Position numbers and translations under genes: made by a program. A stretch of DNA of 32,000 nt. Origin: Candidatus Saccharimonadota bacterium (GTDB lineage: Bacteria > Patescibacteriota > Microgenomatia > UBA1406 > GWC2-37-13). Shown here in pieces: positions 24,660 to 32,000 of the stretch. Numbering within the stretch: the stretch's first letter is position 1; each line of letters begins with the position of its first letter. The stretch is taken from contig CP064967.1 of the NCBI GenBank assembly GCA_016699265.1, positions 750,001 through 782,000 of the forward strand, given 5' to 3'. The notes beneath the pieces were generated by a model. The model made no database searches. It saw only the letters and a list, made by a program, of their open reading frames with translations, and had not been told where the DNA came from.

Positions 24660-24667
24660 AATAGAAA

Positions 24668-24805
24668 TTACACAGATAATTTCTTCCGTCCTCTTGTTCG
24701 TCGTCGTGCAAGAACTTTCTTACCGTTTGCAGAGCTCATTCGCTTCATGAAACCGTGTTTTCGCATTCTGCGTTTTTTCTTTGGTTGGCTTACTTGTTTT
24801 CCCAT
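24668..24805 (-). CDS. rpmH: 50S ribosomal protein L34
   Basis: My translation gives [45 protein letters not shown] (45 aa). It is too short for the ORF track. Confidence 0.9.
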   Translation of the reverse strand: MGKQVSQPKKKRRMRKHGFMKRMSSANGKKVLARRRTRGRKKLSV

Positions 24806-24823
24806 AATTCATTGACTGTCAAA

Positions 24824-24891
24824 AGTCTATAATGTCCATAATGTCTGTAATGTCGTGACTTTATGGACCTTCGACTTTATAGACCTTAGAC
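24824..24891. repeat. Cluster of tandem words: 9-mers (AGTCTATAA TGTCCATAA TGTCTGTAA TGTCGTGAC) then a 16-mer x2 (TTTATGGACCTTCGAC TTTATAGACCTTAGAC)
   Basis: Read directly. The two groups are approximately reverse-complementary (GTCCATAA / TTATGGAC). The cluster lies between the valS stop and the rpmH start. Confidence 0.85.
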
Positions 24892-27109
24892 TTCTAATAT
24901 TAATTTGTTTGTAAATTGTTTGTAAACCGCATCAGTTATGAATGGAACAAATGGATGCAGCAACTTCAAGCTCTCTAAATATATCTTTGTGAGAGAATCC
25001 CGAACCTCTATATTATCATTTCGTAGCTCTTCTTTCAACTGCTCGATATAAAAATCGGCAAAACGGTGCCATATAAACTCGTACATGAGTCCAAAGGCGG
25101 CAGAAAATTTATAGTCCTTCATATTTTTATGGAACTCTTTTTCCATACTCTCAAATTCCTTCTCGAGCTCCTTAATTTTGTCATTCGTAGTATTTTTTTC
25201 GTCATCCTGACCGGTTATTTTGTCATCTCGAGCGCTAGCGAGAGATCCAGCGACCGAAGGGAGCGCCTCGCTAGATTCCTCCCCCGACATTTTGTCGGTA
25301 TCGGAATGCCCACTACCCTTATTCATCTCGAGAAATCGGCCAATATTCCAAACCTTGTTTGCAAAGTTTCTCATAGACCGAATCTTGTCATCCGAGATGC
25401 TCAGATCCGTCCCGTCTCCCACCTCAAAGATGAGTGCGGCACGTAATGCATCGGCTCCATACTTCTCAATCATAGCCAAGGGATTAATCACGTTCCCTTT
25501 TGATTTGCTCATCTTCTGTCCATTAACGCGTACCAGTCCGTGGAGATACACCGCCTTGAACGGAACCTTACCGGTTCTATATAGCCCAAACATAATCATT
25601 CTTGAAGACCCAACAAGGAAGAATGTCCGATACCCCGTCTCCATAACCGCAGTAGGATAGTAGTACTCGAAAATTCGTTTCCAATAGACTGTAATGTAGC
25701 GAACGGCCATTGTCCTGATGAAAACCACGTATCGAAGGTGTCGGTTTCCTGTTCAAAAACGCACTCACCACAGATCTGACACTTGTCTGGTTTGGACCAA
25801 CACTCACAAACCAGCGTTCAGTTTTCGGTTTTTGGTTGTCGGATTTCAGATTCTGATCACTGACATCTGATTTCTGACAGCTGTAAGCTGGTATGCGAAT
25901 TCCCCAGACATTCTGTCGAGAGATATTCCAGTCATGAAAGTTGGTCAACCACTGCACCGCAGATTTTTCAAATCTTTTGTTCGTAAACTTTACCTCGCCA
26001 TCTTCAACTGCCTTAATCGCTCGGTCTGCAAGCGGTCGCACCTTCACATACCACTGAGGCATAAGAATTGGCTCGAGCACTCGTCCGCATTTGTAGCAGT
26101 TGGCAACGGTGTGAACATAGTCCTCATCTACCTTTTCGAGCATTCCTTTATTCTTCATGTCCTCCGCAACCTGCTCTCTCGCCTTCTTGACCTTAAGTCC
26201 TTTGTAAGGACCCGCCAACTCAGTCATTCGACCAGTTTTATCAATGATAGTTTTAAACTCGAGATTGTGACGCTTCGCCATCTCAAAATCATTAAAGTCA
26301 TGTGCCGGAGTAACCTTAGCTACTCCCGTTCCAAACTCAGGATCTATCGCATCATCACCGATGACTCGTACCTTAAATAAACCGAGGAGACCCTCAACCT
26401 CGATCTCCTTTCCAATCCAGTCTTTGTAGCGCTTATCCTTTGGGTTCACCGCAACTGCCGTGTCACCAAACTTTGTTTCTGGTCGTACCGTGGCGAGAAT
26501 GAATGGACCGTACTTAAGATAGTAGAGAGGATCTTTTTGTTCGACATGCTTTACCTCAAGATCAGAGAAACTTGTCCCACAGTGAGTGCAGTAATTTACG
26601 AGACGATTATCTCTATAAACTAATTTATCATCAAATAGTTGTTTGAAGGTTTCCTTCACAATCTTCACCACATCCTCATCAAGCGTGAACTTTCTTTTCG
26701 ACCAATCGAGCGCATAGCCGAGTTTACGAAGTTGGTTTTCCATCTTTCCTCGGTTCTCGTGTACAAAGTCCCAGATCATTTTATACAGCGTCTCACGGTC
26801 GTAATCGAATCTGCTTTTGCCCTGCTTTGCAAGATGCTTTTCGAAAACAAACTGAGTCTCAATACCTGCATGATCTGCGCCCGGCAACCACAATACCTCA
26901 TCTCCATGCTGTTTTCGGTACCTGATCATAATGTCTTCGTATACATACATCGCATGCCCAAGATGAAGATCCGCATTTGCGTTAGGAGGAGGAAGGATAA
27001 TGGTAAACGGAGTTTTATCCTTGTTTGGTTGGGAGGTAAATATACCCTTCTCTTCCCACTGCTTATATAAAGATTCTTCTACCTCTGCTGGTTTGAATGT
27101 TTTATCCAT
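24886..27109 (-). pseudogene. valS: Valyl-tRNA synthetase, reading frame interrupted (as sequenced) near 25600-25820
   Basis: The N-terminal part (ATG 27109; PPPNANADLHLGHA, WLPGADHAGI, TPAHDFNDF, WNISRQ..WG.RIPAY) is in the 25577-27124 frame. DTFDTWFSSGQWPFATL appears only in a third frame. YYPT..METGY, KMSKSKGNV and the anticodon-binding part are in the 24886-25728 frame. Confidence 0.85.
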
Positions 27110-27246
27110 AAAATTAAAGCCCAAATATCAAAGCTCAAATGTCAAACAAAATCCAAAAAACAAAGTTTAAATATTTGAATTTAAGATTTTGAACTTTATT
27201 TGATTATTGGGATTTTGATATTCGAACTTCATTGTATTATACCAAG

Positions 27247-27252
27247 TATAAT
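27247..27252 (+). promoter_or_regulatory. -10 box TATAAT 8 nt upstream of ATG 27261
   Basis: accaagTATAATaattagctATG, with no Shine-Dalgarno. Confidence 0.5.
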
Positions 27253-27260
27253 AATTAGCT

Positions 27261-29375
27261 ATGAGCTGGCTCGTAAATTCTCTTCAATGGTACTTTGTAC
27301 TTTTCGCTGTCGGACTCATTTTCATTCCTTTCTCTCAAAAACTGTTCGGTTCATTCATTGATAAAGGCTACGCTTTTTCAAAGACAGTTGGAATTATTCT
27401 TATCACCTACTCAGTTTTCGTACTCGGAGTGACGAGGCTATTCCCGTATGGTTGGCTTGGAATCATGATCGTAACCACTGTTCTTGGCTACCTGAACTGG
27501 CGAGTACGAAAGAAGAATTATCGCATAACAAAAACTATTGTTATCGAGGAATTATTATTCTTGTGCTCATTTTTATTTCTCAGCTTCATTCGTAGCCAGG
27601 AACCTTCAATCCATGGACTAGAAAAGTTTATGGATTACGGATTCATGCAGTCGATTCTCAAATCCACATATTTCCCGCCGGCAGATATGTGGTACATACC
27701 CGAACCCATTAACTATTATTACTTTGGTCACCTTACCGGAGCCACATTGATCAAACTTACACAGATACCATCTTCCATTGGCTATAATCTCGTGCTTGCA
27801 ACCATACTCGGACTTGCAACGTCACAGACATTTTCCTTAGTCATAAATATCGTTAATCAAGCCTCAGTTGAGCTCAAAAAGACAATCTCCGAGACCAAAC
27901 AAATACTGTTTGGTCTCATCGGAACAGTTTTATTAAACTTCGCGGGAAATCTTCATACCATCTATCTTTTTACCAAGGGTTATCCTAACGAAAAACCGAT
28001 AGAGTTCTGGAAAATCTTTTCCGGTTTTAACCCAACAACCTATTGGTATCCGAATGCAACGCGGTTCATACCGTTCACCATTCACGAGTTCCCCTCCTAC
28101 TCGTATGTGGTTGCAGATCTGCACGGCCATGTATTCGATATTCCATTCGTGCTACTCACCATAGCCCTTTTATTTACGTTCTTTGTAATTACGAAAGTAT
28201 CAATCATCAAGTATCAAGCTTCAGGTTTTTCCCAAATACGAGATACCTTATACCGCATACGTTATACGGCATTATTCGGCTTTATGACCGCCATTCACTA
28301 CATGACCAACGCCTTCGATGGACCCATCTATTTACTTCTCGTATTTCTTGCTTCTTATTTCATATTTAGAAACCTAAAACAGGCAGGCATATTTTCCTTA
28401 CTAACCTCAGGCTTTTTCATACTGTTTTCCCTTCCATTCACCCTGTTTTTTAAGCCGTTTGCTACGGGAGTTGGCGTCAACTGCAGTCCTCAGTTCCTTG
28501 TTCAGCTTCAGAAAATAGGGCCATTTCTCTTTGAGAAAGGGAACTGTCAACCTTCTCCACTTTGGATGATGTTTTTGCTCTGGGGACAGTTCTGGATTAG
28601 CCTTGCGGTTCTTACATGGATTACAAGGCAAAAACGTAGCAGAACGGACCTGTTTATGATTCTGTCACTAGCCTTTAGTTTTGTTTTGGTCTGGATTCCA
28701 GAGTTTTTCTATGCTAAGGACATCTATCCTGCTCATTTCAGAGCAAATACAATGTTTAAGCTCGGCTATCAGGCCTTTATCCTTGGTTCTATCGGTATTT
28801 CCTATACGCTTTTTCGAGTTTCACATCTCAAATTCAACCTACAAAATACGGCTATTCGCGCACTTATGTGTGGATGTCTCTTTTTGGTGCTTTTGTACCC
28901 TCTATTCTCATTCCAATCCTTTTATGGTCAGATGAATAAGTCGCCGAATCTAGACGGTATTAAATGGCTCGAAAATAGTCATCCTGAGTCCGCTGAGATC
29001 GTTAGATATCTAAACTCCCACGTCTCTAAACAAGTCAATATTCTTGAAGCGCAGGGCGATTCTTACACTGATCTTAATGTGGTTTCGAGCTATACGGGTA
29101 ATCCTACAGTCGCAGGATGGTGGGTGCATGAATGGCTATGGAGAGGAAGTTCTCAGATTGTGCAGGACAGAGTTCCGGACATTATTACCCTCTACGAATC
29201 ACGCGATATTGAACTTACTAAGAGTCTACTAAGAAAGTATAAGATAGATTACATTGTTGTGACAACATTCGAACGTGAAAAATACCCAAATCTCTATGAG
29301 AAAAAGTTTGAACAGATAGGAAGAAAAATATTGAACACAAACGATGGGTTTGGGGCTTTGTATAGCTCTAAATAG
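27261..29375 (+). CDS. Large polytopic 'YYY-motif' membrane protein (DUF2298 / Chlor_Arch_YYY-like, putative glycosyltransferase-C fold)
   Basis: 704 aa with many TM helices, the hallmark INYYYFGHLTG motif, and a soluble C-terminal domain. Confidence 0.8.
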   Translation: MSWLVNSLQWYFVLFAVGLIFIPFSQKLFGSFIDKGYAFSKTVGIILITYSVFVLGVTRLFPYGWLGIMIVTTVLGYLNWRVRKKNYRITKTIVIEELLFLCSFLFLSFIRSQEPSIHGLEKFMDYGFMQSILKSTYFPPADMWYIPEPINYYYFGHLTGATLIKLTQIPSSIGYNLVLATILGLATSQTFSLVINIVNQASVELKKTISETKQILFGLIGTVLLNFAGNLHTIYLFTKGYPNEKPIEFWKIFSGFNPTTYWYPNATRFIPFTIHEFPSYSYVVADLHGHVFDIPFVLLTIALLFTFFVITKVSIIKYQASGFSQIRDTLYRIRYTALFGFMTAIHYMTNAFDGPIYLLLVFLASYFIFRNLKQAGIFSLLTSGFFILFSLPFTLFFKPFATGVGVNCSPQFLVQLQKIGPFLFEKGNCQPSPLWMMFLLWGQFWISLAVLTWITRQKRSRTDLFMILSLAFSFVLVWIPEFFYAKDIYPAHFRANTMFKLGYQAFILGSIGISYTLFRVSHLKFNLQNTAIRALMCGCLFLVLLYPLFSFQSFYGQMNKSPNLDGIKWLENSHPESAEIVRYLNSHVSKQVNILEAQGDSYTDLNVVSSYTGNPTVAGWWVHEWLWRGSSQIVQDRVPDIITLYESRDIELTKSLLRKYKIDYIVVTTFEREKYPNLYEKKFEQIGRKILNTNDGFGALYSSK

Positions 29376-29432
29376 TAAGGGTACTTGACAAGGGTAAATA
29401 GCTATGATATTGTGTTGGGTATTGAGGGAAAA

Positions 29433-29491
29433 AAGAGCATTACTACTCGTCGTCCCCTTACACGAGCGGTAGTGATGCTCTTCTTTTTTTT
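29433..29491 (+). terminator. Strong, bidirectional-looking intrinsic terminator
   Basis: AAGAGCATTACTAC (29433-29446) pairs with GTAGTGATGCTCTT (29469-29482; one G-U). There is an inner CTCGT/ACGAG stem. T8 lies at 29484-29491 and an A-run precedes the stem. Confidence 0.8.
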
Positions 29492-29498
29492 ACCCTGC

Positions 29499-29630
29499 TC
29501 ACATCTTAAAAAGCTTGACCGGAATACTAAGCTGTTTTCTTCTTAACTTCTTGAACTGGTCATCGCCAAAATATATCAATCGTTGCATCTTTAATTCCGG
29601 AGCAGTGAAGATCTGAATCTTTGGTCTCAT
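29499..29630 (-). CDS. Possible 43-aa small ORF (MRPKIQIFTAPELKMQRLIYFGDDQFKKLRRKQLSIPVKLFKM)
   Basis: ATG 29630-29628 preceded by AAGGAGT. It ends just before the bidirectional terminator. I see no homology, and the SD spacing is too short. Confidence 0.2.
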   Translation of the reverse strand: MRPKIQIFTAPELKMQRLIYFGDDQFKKLRRKQLSIPVKLFKM

Positions 29631-29795
29631 ACTCCTTTGAATATACCTAACACCAAAAACGTTGTCAAGCCTATAGGAATTTGTGGGTTAAAAATAGGTA
29701 GACTTATAGTATGGTTTCACAGTATTTAGACTGTCTACATGCGCTCTGAAATAGCTAATTGAATTTTGTGGACGGTTTGTGGACATCCTGCATGT

Positions 29796-29801
29796 TATAA
29801 T
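29796..29801 (+). promoter_or_regulatory. -10 box TATAAT 8 nt upstream of ATG 29810
   Basis: gcatgtTATAATttatttcaATG, with no Shine-Dalgarno. Confidence 0.5.
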
Positions 29802-29809
29802 TTATTTCA

Positions 29810-30529
29810 ATGAACTACACCACCCTCACCTACAACCTCCACTACAACAAAGCATCACAAGAACTACGCTCAGTTTTGAAGGACTGCGATCCTGACATAG
29901 TCTTTCTCCAAGAACTAACCACCGATGAGGAAAGCATGAAGACCATTATGGAGCTTGGTTACGAGCTGGCCGATTTCTCAAACAGCTTCGTAAAAGGCAA
30001 AAATATCTACGGCGTGGCCACATTCTATAGAGCATCACTATTCACACTTCAGAGAACAAAAAGCTTCAATCTACCAAGTAGCGTCATTCAGATGATAACG
30101 TTTTTACTGAAAAATAGAACCAATCCACGCACCGTTCTACGCACAGACTTCATAATTAAAAAAAATAGGATACCAGTTTGCACCTACAACATCCACTTCT
30201 CCCCCAACGCCACAAATTCGTTGCGAATCAAGCAGTTAAATAACACTCTCAGTGACCTTACAGTACCAAAGAAAAGCCCTTTAATTATTGCTGGAGACTT
30301 CAACTATCCCTACGGAAGACGAAAACTTGAAGATATTCTGAGCAAACACCATCTTCATGAAGCTACTAACAACATTTTTTATACATCGAGACAGACATTC
30401 TTTAAGAAATTTGCAATAAAACTTAAGCTAGACTACGTTTTCTATCGAAATCTGAAGCTAATTTCTAACAAAAGAGTGGAGGTCTTTCACTCGGATCACT
30501 TCCCAATCTTATCTAAGTTCGAAGTTTAG
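29810..30529 (+). CDS. Endonuclease/exonuclease/phosphatase (EEP) family protein
   Basis: LTYNLHY...DPDIVFLQEL...TYNIHFSP...LIIAGDFNYP...LDYVFY...SDHFPILSKFEV is the canonical EEP motif order. Confidence 0.8.
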   Translation: MNYTTLTYNLHYNKASQELRSVLKDCDPDIVFLQELTTDEESMKTIMELGYELADFSNSFVKGKNIYGVATFYRASLFTLQRTKSFNLPSSVIQMITFLLKNRTNPRTVLRTDFIIKKNRIPVCTYNIHFSPNATNSLRIKQLNNTLSDLTVPKKSPLIIAGDFNYPYGRRKLEDILSKHHLHEATNNIFYTSRQTFFKKFAIKLKLDYVFYRNLKLISNKRVEVFHSDHFPILSKFEV

Positions 30530-31281
30530 TGGCCTTTTTTGTGCGTTCCGAAGGTATAGTCATCGGCAGCTTTGTTCGTCCCGTCTGGCGAGAGTAAACT
30601 GTCAAAATAACCCTTGGCCCAGTAGTAAAGCATCTTAATTCTTCCAATCTCATGTAAGCGACGTGCTGACGCGTACACAAACGGTCTATATAAGAACTTG
30701 AACTTTGCTCCGGCCTTTAGAACTCGGTTACTCAGATCGATATCCTCAGCCATACGTAGTCCCTCCTTAAAACCATTTACCTTCTCAAACACATCCTTAC
30801 TCACGAAAAGAAAGGTTCCACTGCAAAATGGATTAAACAACATATATACCGAGTAGAAAGCAAATGTTGCAAAGGTCCAAAGGTAGTCTAGGACATTAAA
30901 TTTCGATGGAACATGAAGGACAAATGCTAACATCGACCTATCAGATGGAATTTTCTTCAAAAAATCGTTTAAGAAATGGGGTGGAAGATAAATGTCGCAG
31001 TCGATAAAGAGCATGTGATCGTACATCGCCTTTGTTGAGCCTTCATTTCTCGCTCCTCCGATCGTCCTGTCATGAGAGCTCACAATGGCAAAATCAGTGA
31101 ATTTGGAGCTATATGTCTTCGCTATCTTAACGGTATCATCCGTCGACTCCCCATCGGCCACAATTACCTGAAGCTTGCCGTCCCATTTTTGTGCAGCTAG
31201 ATGATCTAGTACCTTTGGGAGATAATGCTCTTCGTTTAAAGTTGGGATAATGATACTTAACTCTTTAATTAACTCTGACAT
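30526..31281 (-). CDS. Family 2 glycosyltransferase
   Basis: LSIIIPTLNEE...VIVADGESTDDT...MLFIDCDIY...AEDIDLS shows the GT-A/GT2 pattern. Its stop overlaps the stop of the convergent EEP gene (TTAG). Confidence 0.85.
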   Translation of the reverse strand: MSELIKELSIIIPTLNEEHYLPKVLDHLAAQKWDGKLQVIVADGESTDDTVKIAKTYSSKFTDFAIVSSHDRTIGGARNEGSTKAMYDHMLFIDCDIYLPPHFLNDFLKKIPSDRSMLAFVLHVPSKFNVLDYLWTFATFAFYSVYMLFNPFCSGTFLFVSKDVFEKVNGFKEGLRMAEDIDLSNRVLKAGAKFKFLYRPFVYASARRLHEIGRIKMLYYWAKGYFDSLLSPDGTNKAADDYTFGTHKKGH

Positions 31282-31337
31282 ATGTGTTGACTACAAAATC
31301 ATATTATAATCATATATCGATCTCGATACTAACAACA

Positions 31338-32000
31338 ATGAAATCAAAAATAATAAGCATACTCTTTACCATTGTTATACTAGATCTTCTCGGATTTGGG
31401 ATAATCATCCCCATTCTGCCCGTACTTTTCATAAAAACACAGTTTAATCTCGCGATTCTTCATCAGTTATTTCCGTTAGTTAAACAGGAGTATATACTTT
31501 ACGGACTCATTGTTGCCGCGTATCCCTTTGCTCAGTTTTTTTCTGCTCCGATATTAGGCCAGCTCTCAGATAAATATGGACGAAAACAGATACTTTTTTA
31601 CTGCCTTGCCGCAACCTCTCTATCCTATTTTTTGGCAGTTTTAGGAATTAGAATGACCAGCTTTCCGATACTTCTTTTATCACGGGTGCTTGGGGGAATT
31701 ATGGGAGGCAATATTGCGATTGCGCAGGCTGTTGCGGCGGATATCACCGAGGTTAAAGACAGAACAAGAGTCTACGGACTACTTGGGGCAGCTTTTGGAA
31801 TTGGCTTTATACTCGGACCGTACCTCGGTGGGAAGCTATCCGACTCAAATTTAGTTAGCTGGTTCCACCTCGATACTCCATTTCTGATGGCTGGACTACT
31901 CAGCTTTGTGAGCGTAGTTGTCACATGGCTTTTTTTACCAGAAACTCATCCTTATGAAAAAAGACAACTTAAACTTCGCTTCGGCCAGTCCATCTCTGAC
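31338..32000 (+). CDS. MFS transporter (drug/H+ antiporter-like), N-terminal 221 codons, runs off the right edge
   Basis: My translation from ATG 31338 gives MKSKIISILFTIVILDLLGFGIIIPILPVLF...GQLSDKYGRKQILF (MFS motif A)...LLGAAFGIGFILGP. Confidence 0.85.
   Translation, partial: MKSKIISILFTIVILDLLGFGIIIPILPVLFIKTQFNLAILHQLFPLVKQEYILYGLIVAAYPFAQFFSAPILGQLSDKYGRKQILFYCLAATSLSYFLAVLGIRMTSFPILLLSRVLGGIMGGNIAIAQAVAADITEVKDRTRVYGLLGAAFGIGFILGPYLGGKLSDSNLVSWFHLDTPFLMAGLLSFVSVVVTWLFLPETHPYEKRQLKLRFGQSISD

Noticed and set aside
24824-24891. Could the TTAYRGAC word cluster next to rpmH be DnaA boxes, that is oriC?
   Set aside because: The location next to rpmH is suggestive. However, the words differ from TTATCCACA at the core CC positions (GG or AG instead). 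dnaA and dnaN are not adjacent, and recF lies 13 kb away without them. I cannot compute GC skew reliably by eye. I kept it as a repeat finding only.
25066-27070. Plus-strand ORFs 25066-25446, 25220-25660, 25934-26380 and 26639-27070
   Set aside because: All are antisense to valS, whose identity is unambiguous. None has a recognisable motif.
1-32000. Alternative genetic code (UGA recoding, as in some candidate phyla)
   Set aside because: TGA, TAG and TAA all terminate well-supported genes: TGA at 12683-12685, TAG at 1674-1676 and TAA at 24668-24670. Conserved proteins are read without in-frame stops, so the standard bacterial code fits.

Overview
I read this window as a piece of a small, gene-dense bacterial chromosome, most likely a Patescibacteria/CPR (Microgenomates-like) organism. 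That lineage call is an inference from gene content, not a database result. Housekeeping genes are rpoB (partial), tRNA-Ser(CGA), an ABC-F ATPase, recF, an archaeal-type UMP kinase, jag, yidC, rpmH and valS. They are interleaved with many cell-envelope genes: a sugar nucleotidyltransferase, CAP, VanZ and triple lamin-tail-domain proteins, a YYY-motif membrane protein, a GT2 glycosyltransferase, an EEP nuclease/phosphatase and an MFS transporter.

The most interesting block is 12.3-22.6 kb. It is a run of membrane and secreted genes that looks like a stripped-down type IV secretion or pilus-like apparatus. It holds two TrbC/VirB2-type pilin-domain proteins (one carries a large Cys-rich head), a VirB6-like polytopic protein, and a paralogous pair of membrane-anchored wall hydrolases (SLT-like and VanY/M15-like). 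It also holds an HExxH membrane protein translationally coupled to a pilin gene. An operon of orphan proteins, including an 801-aa protein with no motif I recognise, reads into the Cys-rich pilin gene. No secretion ATPase is present in the window.

Other notable points:
- valS needs at least two, probably four, frame changes to be read.
- Two standalone four-helix-bundle (23S rRNA IVS / Avd-like) genes share a 26-nt upstream motif. Each is bracketed by its own inverted word repeats, and yidC is bracketed the same way.
- Many genes, and the tRNA, have a TAnAAT box 6-12 nt from the start codon or mature 5' end with no Shine-Dalgarno, which suggests leaderless expression.
- rnpA is missing from the rpmH-yidC junction.

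No CRISPR array, rRNA, transposase or integrase was seen. All domain calls come from motif recognition by eye; no searches were run.
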